A model generated the notes under the pieces. It had not been told where the DNA came from. It saw nothing but the letters and a program-made list of their open reading frames with translations, and did no database searches. From IMG/VR virus record IMGVR_UViG_3300044617_000645: a stretch of DNA of 64,000 bases. One strand, written 5' to 3'. The position numbers and the translations under genes were made by a program. This stretch comes from an uncultured virus (IMG/VR IMGVR_UViG_3300044617_000645). Taxonomy: Duplodnaviria; Heunggongvirae; Uroviricota; Caudoviricetes. Positions 18,570 through 32,163 of this stretch are shown here, piece after piece; the stretch's first letter is position 1, and each line of letters opens with the position of its first letter.

Positions 18570-18842
18570 ATGGATATCAAAGAAATCAATAGTGCTATCA
18601 TGTTCGGTAATCTTACCAATGACGAATTGAATTCGATTGGTGATGCTATTCGCTATCGCCGTAGTCAATTGACTACCCAATCGCGCCGTAGTCTTAGTCT
18701 CGGTTGTACTGTGAAGTTTACGAATAGCCGAACTGGACAGTTGGTTACTGGTAAGGTTGACAAGATCAACCGCAAGTTTATTATTGTTAATGCAGGATTT
18801 ACTCGCTGGCGAGTGCCCGCAAATATGTTGGAGGCGGTATGA
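18570..18842 (+). CDS. Hypothetical protein with C-terminal SH3/KOW-like beta barrel
   Basis: AAGGAG RBS; G.VKF...G.V.KINRK...W.VP. Confidence 0.7.
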   Translation: MDIKEINSAIMFGNLTNDELNSIGDAIRYRRSQLTTQSRRSLSLGCTVKFTNSRTGQLVTGKVDKINRKFIIVNAGFTRWRVPANMLEAV

Positions 18843-18916
18843 TCGCTAATTTGATTATCATAGCCAGCCCGATCATATTGATGGGCTTGGCGATTATTGT
18901 AGCAGGTGAGTTTTAA
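18839..18916 (+). CDS. 25-aa hydrophobic peptide MIANLIIIASPIILMGLAIIVAGEF
   Basis: GGAGG RBS, exactly fills the gap with ATGA/TAATG overlaps. Confidence 0.55.
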   Translation: MIANLIIIASPIILMGLAIIVAGEF

Positions 18917-19260
18917 TGGAAGCACATTCATTAGATGTTTTAGCAGAACGGGTTGTACGTGACGGAAAGGTCGCGGTACTGTATAGCCCTGGCTTCGGCG
19001 CAGGCTGGAGCACTTGGGGCGATTCGGAATTCCGTGATCGTCTGCTGTTCGACCCGGAAGTTGTAGCCTGGGTTGAAGGTGGCAAGGTTGGTTCGTTGCC
19101 GGATTTGGAAGCCAAGTACGGTGTGGATCATTTTTACGACGGTGGAGCCAGCGATCTAATGATCCGTTGGGTACCGATTGGTTCTCGGTTCCGTGTGCAT
19201 GAGTACGACGGATCGGAGAGTGTGGTTTTGTTTGAAGAGGAAGATTGGGTGTTAGCATGA
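18916..19260 (+). CDS. Conserved-looking phage protein (VAVLYSPGFGAGWSTW...EYDGSE)
   Basis: ORF coupled on both sides. Confidence 0.75.
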   Translation: MEAHSLDVLAERVVRDGKVAVLYSPGFGAGWSTWGDSEFRDRLLFDPEVVAWVEGGKVGSLPDLEAKYGVDHFYDGGASDLMIRWVPIGSRFRVHEYDGSESVVLFEEEDWVLA

Positions 19261-19427
19261 GCAAGATGAGTGATTTGAATATTGAAATTCAGGACCAATT
19301 GGTCTCGGGTACGGACCCTGTACAGGTGGCGGAACGTCTCAAGATTCCCCTAGAATGGGTCACGGCCACATTGGAATACATGAATGAGTCGGACGAACCG
19401 GACCTGTCCTACTCTGAGGAACTGTAA
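19257..19427 (+). CDS. Small HTH-like protein
   Basis: G.DPVQVAERLKIPLEWV. Confidence 0.55.
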   Translation: MSKMSDLNIEIQDQLVSGTDPVQVAERLKIPLEWVTATLEYMNESDEPDLSYSEEL

Positions 19428-19533
19428 GTTGTTGTTTTTAAACAACAAAATATCCTAAAAATAGTGGATAAAAAGGCTTGACTTTGGGCGCCCAAGGTAC
19501 TATAATAGTTACATAGAGTTGAGAAACGGAGAT
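19423..19533 (+). promoter_or_regulatory. Early promoter cassette; inverted near-copies at 51.2 and 51.6 kb
   Basis: Palindrome 19431-19446, TTGACT(19478)-17-TATAAT(19501), leader ACATAGAGTTGAGAAACGGAGA. Confidence 0.9.
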
Positions 19534-19539
19534 TACGAA

Positions 19540-19971
19540 ATGGCTTACATGAATCAAGAACGCAAGGCAAAGATCGCAACGGTGCTCAAGCCCATACTCG
19601 CAAAGTACGGTGTCAAGGGTTCGCTGAGTGTCCGAAATCATTCTAGCATTGTACTGACCCTCAAGTCAGGTAAGATTGATTTCATCGAAAACTACATTAA
19701 GACCGATGCCGAAAAGCCCTACGCTAAACACTTTTCGGAAGATCAGGTTGCGTACATTCGCAAGAATCAATCGATTGACGTTAACCCCTACTGGTTTCAG
19801 GAGCACTTCAATGGTGTTGCTAAGGACTTCTTGACTGAGGCTTTCAAGGCACTTAAGGCGGCTGACTGGTATGATGAGTCTGACGCTATGACCGATTATT
19901 TCAATACGGCTTACTACGTTGACCTCAATGTCGGCAAGTGGAACAAGCCCTACGTGGTTACTGCTAAGTAA
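19540..19971 (+). CDS. Early hypothetical protein (YDESDAMTDYFNTAYY)
   Basis: GGAG RBS; start moved to 19540. Confidence 0.8.
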   Translation: MAYMNQERKAKIATVLKPILAKYGVKGSLSVRNHSSIVLTLKSGKIDFIENYIKTDAEKPYAKHFSEDQVAYIRKNQSIDVNPYWFQEHFNGVAKDFLTEAFKALKAADWYDESDAMTDYFNTAYYVDLNVGKWNKPYVVTAK

Positions 19972-19995
19972 TATAGTAGGAACAGGAGAATTAAA

Positions 19996-20151
19996 ATGAA
20001 ACAATATTGGATGCTTTGCAGACTTAAAGATGAACCGGGCGCAGGTACGACCCGTGTCTACATCATGGCTGATAATCCTTACGCGGCGACTCAAATGTTG
20101 AAAGCCCAGTATGGCAAGTTGCTGATTAGCGACTATGCGATGCCGGTATAA
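19996..20151 (+). CDS. Small hypothetical protein (51 aa), absent from ORF track
   Basis: AGGAG RBS, open frame MKQYWMLCRL... Confidence 0.7.
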   Translation: MKQYWMLCRLKDEPGAGTTRVYIMADNPYAATQMLKAQYGKLLISDYAMPV

Positions 20152-20171
20152 AGAATTGGGTAACAAAGTGG

Positions 20172-20200
20172 TTGACATTGGCTCCCCACTTTGTTATACT
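20172..20200 (+). promoter_or_regulatory. sigma70-type promoter
   Basis: TTGACA-17-TATACT. Confidence 0.8.
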
Positions 20201-20258
20201 AATCTTGTAGTATATAACTACATGTGTGTTTAACTTTAAACTTGATGAGGTAATTTAT

Positions 20259-20639
20259 ATGACGACTACTCTGTATACTGTTGTTGGTATCACTGTTCAC
20301 AATGGCAACGCTAAGGTGCGTTTCACTGATGACATGGCTCGCCGTGTCAAGCAGTTCACGAAGGGTGGCGCGACTCGCGTTGACTTCGTTACGCTCCCCA
20401 ATGCTATGGGAAAGATCGAGGCTCTTAAGTACATGCTGACTCTTAATGAGTTCGCAAGTGCTGAGGATCAGGCTACGATCAATGATACCCTCAGTGATCG
20501 TGAGAAGGAGGCCCGCAAGGGTGAAGTGAAGGTCAAGGCATCTACGGCTAAGCCTTCTCTTGACGCTATTAAGGCCCGCGGCAACAAGTCTAAGACTACT
20601 GTTGCTGACGTTCTTGATGCGGTGAAGTCTGCTGAGTAA
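20259..20639 (+). CDS. Hypothetical protein
   Basis: GAGGT RBS; own promoter and terminator. Confidence 0.8.
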   Translation: MTTTLYTVVGITVHNGNAKVRFTDDMARRVKQFTKGGATRVDFVTLPNAMGKIEALKYMLTLNEFASAEDQATINDTLSDREKEARKGEVKVKASTAKPSLDAIKARGNKSKTTVADVLDAVKSAE

Positions 20640-20665
20640 TCAGTAATAACAAACTGATTTAGGTT

Positions 20666-20686
20666 AGGCCCCGCAAGGGGCCTTTC
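20666..20686 (+). terminator. Terminator hairpin between convergent genes
   Basis: AGGCCCC-GCAA-GGGGCCT-TT. Confidence 0.75.
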
Positions 20687-20689
20687 CTA

Positions 20690-21814
20690 TTACAGACGAG
20701 GAAATTGTCTATGTAAGTAATTTAAATTTTGACGATCTGGCATACGTTCATACCAGCCCTTTCCTTCATACACATTGAGTATATTCTGGAAATATTCTTC
20801 ATACATAGGGGCGACATGTTCTAGTGTAAAGTTCTCGGCCCATGTACGACAGTTTTGTGGTTTGATGTTAGTGATGTTCTCTGTAGCCCAAACGAAATGA
20901 TCGAATGTGCGACAACGATATCCGGTCACACCGTGTAGGTTGTTTTCAACAAACGAACCCCAATCTGTGGTAATAGTCGGAGTGCCCGACATTAGCATCT
21001 CAATCTGTACGCCACCAAATGGTTCTATATACATGCTAGGCACATATGCACCTTTAGCATTAGCCATTAGTTTCTTTCTAGTAGGTACATCGGCATAGCC
21101 TACGAACTCAACGTGTTTTGGAAAATGCATGTCATCAGGCTTCTGTCCTGCGATAACTAATCGTTGACCTGCGGCTTCACTTGCTTGTATCGCTACATGA
21201 ACACCTTTACCTGAGTACACACGGCCAAGATATAGCATGTAATCTTCTTTTTGATCATTGAATGTAAAATCATCTGTATCGAAATAGTTCGGAATCACTA
21301 CATCATACCAGTCAGATTTGCAAGTGCCCACTCCCTGCATTCCATAGTAGGCATGCATGATAGCATAACTTTCAAATACTTTCCAACGTGCCCAATGTCC
21401 GCCGGCATATCCTATGCCAGGTTCAACTACTATCATATCATGTTGATGTGCATCACAGATAGCACGAACGCCACTACCCCAGAAGGGTAATATGAAATCG
21501 TTCTTTTGCTTGCGCTTACCTATCTCACGTATAGCGTTAGCATAGAAAGTTTGATAAGCATGGTCTGAAGTATTGTAGGTAAAGAAGTTTTTACGCCAAT
21601 CATAATTGCCGTATGCTTTTTCTAAATCTTTATTAGTTAGTACTGTGACATGTTCATCACAGACGAGGTCTGATTCCTCATGACCATAATGGATGATCTC
21701 ATGGCCACGGGCCTTCATCATCTTACCGAACTTAAGAACTTTTTGAGTATATGCACAAGCATTATATTCTTTGCTTGTGACCGTATGTGGTAAACCTAGT
21801 ATATGAAATCTCAT
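20690..21814 (-). CDS. GT-B (GT4-like) glycosyltransferase
   Basis: YLGRV..GKG and EPFGGVQIE (ExFG...E) motifs. Confidence 0.88.
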   Translation of the reverse strand: MRFHILGLPHTVTSKEYNACAYTQKVLKFGKMMKARGHEIIHYGHEESDLVCDEHVTVLTNKDLEKAYGNYDWRKNFFTYNTSDHAYQTFYANAIREIGKRKQKNDFILPFWGSGVRAICDAHQHDMIVVEPGIGYAGGHWARWKVFESYAIMHAYYGMQGVGTCKSDWYDVVIPNYFDTDDFTFNDQKEDYMLYLGRVYSGKGVHVAIQASEAAGQRLVIAGQKPDDMHFPKHVEFVGYADVPTRKKLMANAKGAYVPSMYIEPFGGVQIEMLMSGTPTITTDWGSFVENNLHGVTGYRCRTFDHFVWATENITNIKPQNCRTWAENFTLEHVAPMYEEYFQNILNVYEGKGWYERMPDRQNLNYLHRQFPRL

Positions 21815-21850
21815 ACGATTACTTATACTAGGTTACCTGTCAGTCAAAAA

Positions 21851-24430
<2,580 letters not shown>

Positions 24431-24448
24431 TCATCTGACGATATAAAA

Positions 24449-25120
24449 TTATGCACTAATAGCATTGCCACCATTTAGTGACGCTAGTAGTAAAACTGAA
24501 CTCGTTGCGTTTCCGCCATCACCGCTTACGCTAGGATCAATCTGAACCCAAGTTAAGTTGCCTGAACCATTCGTAGCAAGAACATATCCGTTTGAACCAC
24601 CACTGATATAAACATTAGATACGGGTCCTAGATTTGCTGTGACTGTATTTAATGCCGTTGCATTCAACGTATTAATATTGGCTGTGGTATCAACTGATAA
24701 TACTTGTGCTGCCTGATCATATCTAAAATTCGCACTAGCACCGAATAAATTATTATTATTGAACTGTACGTATGTATTAGATCCGGCAGGATTGGCGATC
24801 TCGCTTTGTATGTTAGCCCATGTAAGATTTCCACTACCATTAGTACGCAACACGTAATTGTTGCTACCACCTGTGATCGTGATATTTCCTACTGCGCCTA
24901 GATTACTCTTACCTTCTACTGTAAGATTTTCAACAACGACATTGCCGAGGTTAGCATTGATGCTACCTGTTACTGTGACATTTCCGCCTACTGTAAGATT
25001 ACCTGAGATACTACCTTCACCTGTGACGGCAAGGTTGTCTACCAACAGGGTATCCCCTGCGGGCAGTTCTTGAATTGTCTTCGTAGCAGAATTAGAAACT
25101 AGTGGATACTTATTTGCCAT
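24449..25120 (-). CDS. Asn/Gly-rich virion fibre/decoration protein
   Basis: Two VL.TNGSGNLTW modules; GSNTYVQFN. Confidence 0.7.
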   Translation of the reverse strand: MANKYPLVSNSATKTIQELPAGDTLLVDNLAVTGEGSISGNLTVGGNVTVTGSINANLGNVVVENLTVEGKSNLGAVGNITITGGSNNYVLRTNGSGNLTWANIQSEIANPAGSNTYVQFNNNNLFGASANFRYDQAAQVLSVDTTANINTLNATALNTVTANLGPVSNVYISGGSNGYVLATNGSGNLTWVQIDPSVSGDGGNATSSVLLLASLNGGNAISA

Positions 25121-25145
25121 TGCTTAATCCTAATACTTGTATTTA

Positions 25146-26129
25146 TCATATTTGCGTAACATTGAGGTCTAGGTAACTTCCATCACGTTGGCCTACTGGA
25201 TAAACGCGCAAAACAGGATCTGGACTGCTTAGATAATTGCTTCCGTCACGCATATCTACTGTGATATAATACACAGGAACTGTTTTCCAGCCCATTTCTT
25301 GTGTATTTTGATTGATGATTCCTAGAACTTGTTGACTTGTTCCAGCACTGCTTGGAGGTATGAATGATGCATTGCCGCCTACTTTTGCGAACTTCGTTAT
25401 ACCTACAACGTTAGTATCTTTATTAAATGTGAATGCTGACGAACCGCCAAAAGTACCATTATCATTGAACTGTATCGCTGTATTAGGACCGTCTGCTACT
25501 GCTGCTTTTTCCCAAGAAAGATTCCCTGTACCGTCTGTAACTATGACAAAATGATTGCTACCGCCGTATATTTTGACGTTACTAATGTTGCCTAGATTAC
25601 TGATACCATTGATAGTCATTCCCGTACCTGAGAATGTGGCTACGTTTGCGTTGCCCGCTACACTTATGTTAACATTACCGTTAGCGACTGGAATTCTTAC
25701 ATTACTAGTACCGTTAGCGAGAGAAGCAGTTACTATGTTTGCGGTTATGACATTAGCATTTATTAGATCCGCAGTTATATCATCAACGGTGATGTCATTT
25801 GCAGTTATATTATTGACGGATAAATTACCAGTGACTGATAGATTTGATCCTATAGATACATTTCCCGAAACAGTTAATGAAGTCAATGTACCAACACTAG
25901 TGATGTTAGGTTGTGCATTATTTCTAATAGTGTTTGCTACATTAGCAGTATGAAGAGAATTACCTGCTTCATCAAGTATGAAGTTGCCTAACTGGAAAAG
26001 ATTCGCTTGTAATGTCTGCCCGTCAGGTGTGGCTAATGTGACTGTAGGATCTACTACCGGAATTATTAGATTACCGGAAACGACCTCTACATCATTCAAA
26101 CCTGTTATTTTAGTACCGCGAGTAGCCAT
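25146..26129 (-). CDS. Asn/Gly-rich virion fibre/decoration protein
   Basis: [31 protein letters not shown] modules. Confidence 0.7.
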   Translation of the reverse strand: MATRGTKITGLNDVEVVSGNLIIPVVDPTVTLATPDGQTLQANLFQLGNFILDEAGNSLHTANVANTIRNNAQPNITSVGTLTSLTVSGNVSIGSNLSVTGNLSVNNITANDITVDDITADLINANVITANIVTASLANGTSNVRIPVANGNVNISVAGNANVATFSGTGMTINGISNLGNISNVKIYGGSNHFVIVTDGTGNLSWEKAAVADGPNTAIQFNDNGTFGGSSAFTFNKDTNVVGITKFAKVGGNASFIPPSSAGTSQQVLGIINQNTQEMGWKTVPVYYITVDMRDGSNYLSSPDPVLRVYPVGQRDGSYLDLNVTQI

Positions 26130-26191
26130 ATTTTTATCCTATATAATCTATTTATCCTTATACTAATCTCTCTATACTGATGTTCCACATA

Positions 26192-29100
26192 TTACCAGCT
26201 AGTAGTGCCTGTAAACTTAGCCCAAGTGTTTGCTGATACACAAACATATAAGTTACCACCACTGTCATAAGCAGCTTCACCTGCAGTACCATTTGAGGTA
26301 TTTGCAACAGGAGCAGTACTCCAAACTACAGTGTTTGCATTGATGACAGGTAATGCAACAAACGTTCCGTTACCATTCAATACATTACTTACATTACCAT
26401 CTAAGTTTGTTGCTACGATATTACCAAATGCACTTGAACCGTTAGCAAAGTTGATTGCTACTGTATTACCGGGTAGTGTTAAGTTACCACTTTGGTCAAA
26501 TGTCCAATCAGAATAAGTTCCTGGTGTAACTGTAGGTACACTCAACGTCAAACCATTGCTGCCGTCGTCACCTATAACAACATCATTTGGTAAGACTATA
26601 TCGCCAGTATTTACAAACGACCAAGTCGCAGTAGTGTTACTACTATCGCTAACTATCGTCACATTACCATGAGCATATAGATTTGCGTTGGAATCGCCGA
26701 TTAGACTTAATCCCGTGATATTTCCACTATCATTTGCTTCAAGTGTTATGCTTACGTTAGCAATAACGCTTGTGGTGTCTGGCAGAGTTAAGTTACCATC
26801 AATACCAAATTTCCATTGTGCTGTATTACCAGCATTGTCATCACTATTGATAACAATATTACCTGTATTTGCTAACTTAACAAAGAGGTTATCACTACCT
26901 AAAAACAACTCAGTTTGATACAAGTTGCCACTAGTCAAGTGAATATGATCGCCGTCACCCGCTGTAGGATAAACTAACAATTTTTGATTAGTAATTGAAC
27001 CACTACCGTGTGGGTTCAGTGTAATAGTATTACCGGGATTGCCACTTGGAGTAAATCCTTCACTGTAGATAGAACCACCTGCCGGTAATGTTAAGTTGCC
27101 GTCTGTACCAAATACCCAACTACTTGTATTACCGGTGTTAGCAAGATTGGTAGTCAATGTCATATTAGCATCAGTTGCCATCTCGCCGGTATCAGCGTAA
27201 AAAACTATCTTGTCGCCACTGAACCCAGACAAGTTTAAGTAGTCTGCTTGTATAGCAAGATTAGCAGGACCTGCTAATGAAACATCTGTAGATTGTATAG
27301 TAGGAGTCGAGCCACCAAAGATATTTAAGTATGGATCAGTATTACCTGCTACGTCACGTGGGAAGTTCAAGTTACCATTTTCGTCAAATGTCCAACGAAG
27401 GGCTATACCATCACTTTCTTTTGTGTTTTCAATGTAGACTTGAGGCTTATCTATTAGATTATCTTTGAACGATACGTTTAGACGAGAAATCGCAGTATTA
27501 GATCCTGTGATACTATCTTCTACATATAGATCCCATACACCTGCTGTTTGGTATTCTACTGTTTTGACATTGGCAAATGTTGTTGTAAATGTGAGTGTGT
27601 CAGAACTTATGTTGCCATCATTACCAAATGTCCAAGCCTTTCCGTTACTATGAATGACTGCTTGATTGTTTGCGCCTGATGTAATCTCAAACGCAGTATT
27701 TTCACCGCCTAAGAATATATTGGCTGCTGGATCATCAATGTTACTGAACGCATATGCACGTAAGTGAATATGACCAGGAGCCGTTGGATCCAATACTAAT
27801 ACTTGACTGTTGTAGTTAGCATCTGGTGTCAATGTCATTGTGCTGACATTTGGAAGTGTTGGGTCTAAACTACTGTTAGCAATACTGTAAATTACGCTAT
27901 TACCGTTTGGTAATACTAAGTTACCGTTAGCAGTAAAGTTCCAAATATTAGCACTGGGTCCGACAGCACCGGTTAATACTACAACATCTCCTGCGCCACC
28001 GCTTGGACTGTTTATGTAGATTGCTGATAAAGCACTTGCGTTACTGATATCATCTATCCATTGTAGTACAGCACTACCGTTACCTTGACTGACCACACCA
28101 AATGGTGTGTTACTTGCTAATATAGCATCAGCACCAAATATACTTCCTATTACTACGTTACCACTTGGCAATGTCAATAAGCCATCTGTTCCAAATGTCC
28201 AAGTACTTGTGCTATTCGCTGTGATAGTCACATTGCCATCAACAGTTGCGATATCAAAATTACTATTACCATTTGCTATCGGTAGTGATGCGATACCAGA
28301 CGGACCTGTTGCACCTGTATCACCTTGTGGACCAGTAGCACCAGTCGCGCCATCACTTCCGTTAGTACCTGCTGGGCCAGTGGCACCTGTTGCTCCATCA
28401 CTTCCGTTAGAGCCAGCTGGACCAGTAGCACCTACAGCGCCTACAGCACCTTCTTCTGCCATTACGCTCCAGCGAACTGGATCATCTGGTGGCGCACTAC
28501 CTGAATTACCATCGCCTATCTTGATGTATGAACTACCGGCATATGATACAACATCTCGTCCGCCGACATATGTTGTTGGTATAGGTTGCCAAGCACCCTG
28601 CCATACGAAACCTGGACCTGATGCGCCTGTTGCTCCATCACTTCCATTAGTACCGGCTGAGCCTGTTGCGCCCGTAGCGCCATCAACACCTGCTGTGCCT
28701 GTAGCACCAGTGGCGCCATCACTTCCGTTACTACCTGCTGGACCTGTAGCACCTGTAGCGCCGAACCCACCTGCTGACACCCACGTGCCATCGCCGGCAA
28801 GAACACTACTCACATTACCATCAAGATTAATATTTGCTATATTACCAATAGTACCTATGTTACCATTTGTGACTTCGATATTATCAACAACTAATGTATT
28901 TCCGTTCGCTGTGAGTACAGCATTGCCTAATGTAATTGTGTTACCTGTTAACTGATCAAACAGAGTGACAGGTGCTCTAGTCAACGTAAACAAGTATATA
29001 AAAACATTACTTCCCGGAGCACTATCTACTGGAATATTAAAGTCAACATAACCAGATACAGGAGTTGTTGTTGATATTGTATTTGTAACTGTCAATACAG

Positions 29101-30193
29101 TATTTGCAGGTGCACCACCTGTCAATAATTTAAATGAATCGTTTATTTTTAAAGATTCAAATATAGGTATGAACACAGAATTGTCATTTGTTCTTATATA
29201 CAATTCACTTGCAGTTGTCCACTCTACGAATGATATCCCTCCGATTCCTTCGCCACCGTCAATTAGTTGAGAAGTAGATAATTGACCAGAGTCAGATACA
29301 CTGAGTGCTATGTCACCTAAATGTATTGTACTGTTGGCTAACCAGATATCTTTCCAACGATTTGTAGTATTACCTAGATCATATGTAACGTTACTGATTG
29401 GATTCAAATTCGATAACACGCTTGTACCAACGCTCAAATAATCCATGTCAACTCTAGTGACTGTCATTACTCCATCAGCAGGATTGTATTGTAGATTATC
29501 GTCAGCATCATTATGTAATGTAGTGTCACCGGGATCAGTAGTTAATACAATGTGGTAACTATAATTGTTGTTGACTGCTTCTACTTCAACATTAGTAGCA
29601 GTACCTATAAAGTAATTTGCTGTGATATTACCTGCATTGCTGATGTTGAATCCATTAGCATCTACATTGGCAGTAAATGTATTATTAAACGCACCGGTAG
29701 CACCAGTCTCACCGGTCGCTCCTGTAGCACCTATAGTTGATGCGGGACCAGGTGGTCCTATAGGACCTGTCGCGCCTTCAGGGCCTGTTGCACCAGTAGC
29801 ACCGTCATTACCGATCACACCGGTAGCACCTACCTGATCTACCCATCCTAAACTGCCATTACCGAACGTAGCAAGAACTTGACCTGCTGTACCACCTAAC
29901 ATAACAAAGTTGTTGGGGTAACCTACGTTTGTAGTTCCTACAACCGTCAATCCTGTTAATGTACCTACAGTAGTGATATTTGGCTGTGATGCGTTGATTA
30001 CATTATATGCAAGATTTGCTATATCTGCGCTAGCAAAAAGATTACCACTCTCTCCTAAAATAAAGTTAGCAAGAGTCGCCACTGTGACTTTATCTGTGAT
30101 GAACGTTCCGTTAGTACTAACGATAGGCATCAAGGCTTGTGACGTTAAGTTGCCATTGATGTTTGGAAGTTGTGATATTTTTATATTTGCCAT
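26192..30193 (-). CDS. Long tail-fibre-like protein with collagen tracts and eight WxFxxxGxxxxP-type repeats
   Basis: KISQLP N-terminus, GATGATG tracts, repeated W.F...GNL.LP. Confidence 0.85.
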   Translation of the reverse strand: MANIKISQLPNINGNLTSQALMPIVSTNGTFITDKVTVATLANFILGESGNLFASADIANLAYNVINASQPNITTVGTLTGLTVVGTTNVGYPNNFVMLGGTAGQVLATFGNGSLGWVDQVGATGVIGNDGATGATGPEGATGPIGPPGPASTIGATGATGETGATGAFNNTFTANVDANGFNISNAGNITANYFIGTATNVEVEAVNNNYSYHIVLTTDPGDTTLHNDADDNLQYNPADGVMTVTRVDMDYLSVGTSVLSNLNPISNVTYDLGNTTNRWKDIWLANSTIHLGDIALSVSDSGQLSTSQLIDGGEGIGGISFVEWTTASELYIRTNDNSVFIPIFESLKINDSFKLLTGGAPANTVLTVTNTISTTTPVSGYVDFNIPVDSAPGSNVFIYLFTLTRAPVTLFDQLTGNTITLGNAVLTANGNTLVVDNIEVTNGNIGTIGNIANINLDGNVSSVLAGDGTWVSAGGFGATGATGPAGSNGSDGATGATGTAGVDGATGATGSAGTNGSDGATGASGPGFVWQGAWQPIPTTYVGGRDVVSYAGSSYIKIGDGNSGSAPPDDPVRWSVMAEEGAVGAVGATGPAGSNGSDGATGATGPAGTNGSDGATGATGPQGDTGATGPSGIASLPIANGNSNFDIATVDGNVTITANSTSTWTFGTDGLLTLPSGNVVIGSIFGADAILASNTPFGVVSQGNGSAVLQWIDDISNASALSAIYINSPSGGAGDVVVLTGAVGPSANIWNFTANGNLVLPNGNSVIYSIANSSLDPTLPNVSTMTLTPDANYNSQVLVLDPTAPGHIHLRAYAFSNIDDPAANIFLGGENTAFEITSGANNQAVIHSNGKAWTFGNDGNISSDTLTFTTTFANVKTVEYQTAGVWDLYVEDSITGSNTAISRLNVSFKDNLIDKPQVYIENTKESDGIALRWTFDENGNLNFPRDVAGNTDPYLNIFGGSTPTIQSTDVSLAGPANLAIQADYLNLSGFSGDKIVFYADTGEMATDANMTLTTNLANTGNTSSWVFGTDGNLTLPAGGSIYSEGFTPSGNPGNTITLNPHGSGSITNQKLLVYPTAGDGDHIHLTSGNLYQTELFLGSDNLFVKLANTGNIVINSDDNAGNTAQWKFGIDGNLTLPDTTSVIANVSITLEANDSGNITGLSLIGDSNANLYAHGNVTIVSDSSNTTATWSFVNTGDIVLPNDVVIGDDGSNGLTLSVPTVTPGTYSDWTFDQSGNLTLPGNTVAINFANGSSAFGNIVATNLDGNVSNVLNGNGTFVALPVINANTVVWSTAPVANTSNGTAGEAAYDSGGNLYVCVSANTWAKFTGTTSW

Positions 30194-30198
30194 CTAAG

Positions 30199-31812
30199 TT
30201 ATCCTATACGCCAGTCAGTACCGTCACTATAAACCGGAACTCTGTTACTGCCGCCACCTTCTACTTGTGCGGCAAAATTAGTTGCTGCGGCTAAATTCGC
30301 ATCTGTAATAAATGATCTAGCACCTGTACCTGCTGTTGCCGCCGCGGGCAAAGATGAAAATGTTATCGGCTTTGTTCTAATTATATTATTTGCTACTACA
30401 TTATTTGATGTAATATCGCCGGTAACTGCTAATGCTGTTAGTGTACCGACTGAAGTGATATTTGGTTGTGCCGCAGTTGTTACTGTACCGGCAGTAGTTG
30501 CTGAACCTGATGTTGCTACACTTAAGTTTGCTACTTGGGTAGTTGATGTTACTACAAGAGGAGCAGTACCCGTTGCTACAGTTGAAATCAACTGACCAGT
30601 TACATTAGCATTGCCTGCTGTTATGTTACCGGTAACTGTTAATATATTTGTAGTTTTATTGAATGTTAAGTTAGCACTACCATTTGCGATTGATGAATCA
30701 TTAAAGATAATCTGTGTATTAGTGCCTGCAACCGGACCAGTAGCACCAGTAGCACCTATGCCAGTAGCACCAGTAGCACCTATGCCAGTAGCACCAGTAG
30801 CACCTATGCCAGTAGCACCAGTAGCACCTATACCTGTAGCCCCTGTCGCACCTATACCTGTTGCACCAGTAGCACCTATGCCAGTAGCACCTGTTGCACC
30901 AGTAGCACCTGGTACTGTTACTGCGCTTGCGAACACACCGTTGCCGAATAATACATTACTACCATTACCGTCTCTATTCAGTAACGCAACGTTACCTAAT
31001 CCTGTGATGTTGGCTACAGGCAGATTAGTTAACCCGCTACCGTTACCTGAGAAAACACCACCGGCTGTAATATTATTTGCTATAGATAAGTTTGCAGGAA
31101 GATTAACACCTATGACACCTGCCCCCACTACAGGACTTCCTGTTACTACTAATTGACTGCTTGATATACCTACGCTAGTGACTCCGCCACCACCACCAGT
31201 TGAACTTATTGTTACTTGACCAGTGTTACCGGTTAACGTGATGCCCGATCCAGCATTTAATCTAGTCACGCCTGCGTTAGTGATAGTGATAGTGCCGGTG
31301 GTTGTGATAGGACCACCTGCAACGCTAATACCTTCACCCGGGCTTACAGCAACACTTGTTACAGTACCCACGCTATTAGCATTAGCAATATTAACTACTC
31401 TACCATAAGTATCAACAGTTACAGTGGGATATGTATAAACACCCGGGGTAACGTTCGCACTTGCTAATGATAATGTAACGTTTCCGGCATAGCCGCCACC
31501 CGATAGTCCCGTACCAGCAATTACGCCTGTTATACCGCCGCCATTGCCGCCTCCGCCTGTATTGATAATCCTAATAGCACCGTTAGCATTTTCTAGTGCT
31601 ATACCCGTGCCTGCTAGTAGATTTGCTGAGACTACGGTATTGTTTACATTGTTTACGACTGTGATACCATCGCCTGCTACGACTTTGCTAGCATCAGCAA
31701 ATATCCTGTCGAAATTAGTGTTTACTTTTGTAAATGCGGTGTATAGACTATCGCTACCTGTGCTTTCGTTAGGTAGGCCTATATTGATCTGTAAATTTCC
31801 TGAAATAGCCAT
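30199..31812 (-). CDS. Virion fibre protein with (GIGATGAT)6
   Basis: N-terminal INIG..N..TG.DSL.TAF.KVN.NF anchor; VT.V..G.G repeats; collagen-like tract. Confidence 0.8.
   Translation of the reverse strand: MAISGNLQINIGLPNESTGSDSLYTAFTKVNTNFDRIFADASKVVAGDGITVVNNVNNTVVSANLLAGTGIALENANGAIRIINTGGGGNGGGITGVIAGTGLSGGGYAGNVTLSLASANVTPGVYTYPTVTVDTYGRVVNIANANSVGTVTSVAVSPGEGISVAGGPITTTGTITITNAGVTRLNAGSGITLTGNTGQVTISSTGGGGGVTSVGISSSQLVVTGSPVVGAGVIGVNLPANLSIANNITAGGVFSGNGSGLTNLPVANITGLGNVALLNRDGNGSNVLFGNGVFASAVTVPGATGATGATGIGATGATGIGATGATGIGATGATGIGATGATGIGATGATGIGATGATGPVAGTNTQIIFNDSSIANGSANLTFNKTTNILTVTGNITAGNANVTGQLISTVATGTAPLVVTSTTQVANLSVATSGSATTAGTVTTAAQPNITSVGTLTALAVTGDITSNNVVANNIIRTKPITFSSLPAAATAGTGARSFITDANLAAATNFAAQVEGGGSNRVPVYSDGTDWRIG
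30737..30880. repeat. 24-bp coding tandem repeat, 6 units
   Basis: CCAGTAGCACCAGTAGCACCTATG; first three units identical, others with synonymous changes. Confidence 0.9.
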
Positions 31813-31836
31813 AATTTAGTCCTGATACTGTATTTA

Positions 31837-32163
31837 TCAGTATGGACTAAATGAGCTTCCGCATCCGCAGGTTGTTTGTGCTTGTGGGTTACTAATACTA
31901 AATCTGCTGCCGTTTAAGTCTTCTTTATAGTCTACTACAGCATTTTCTAGATACTGCATCGAAATAACATCGACCAGGACACTTGAGGATAATGCAGGAA
32001 TTTCCCAATCGTCTTCTGCTTTTTCAGTAGTAATCTCAAAACCATATTGAAAACCCGAGCATCCGCCCCCTGTAACATACATTCTCACATGTGTGTTGGG
32101 GCTATTCTCTGCGGAGACTATCTCTGCTAGTTGTTTTTGAGCGGATTCTGTTATTGTGATCAT
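31837..32163 (-). CDS. erpA: A-type Fe-S carrier (ErpA/IscA, HesB family)
   Basis: GGGCSGFQY and CGCGSSF; start moved to 32163. Confidence 0.9.
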   Translation of the reverse strand: MITITESAQKQLAEIVSAENSPNTHVRMYVTGGGCSGFQYGFEITTEKAEDDWEIPALSSSVLVDVISMQYLENAVVDYKEDLNGSRFSISNPQAQTTCGCGSSFSPY

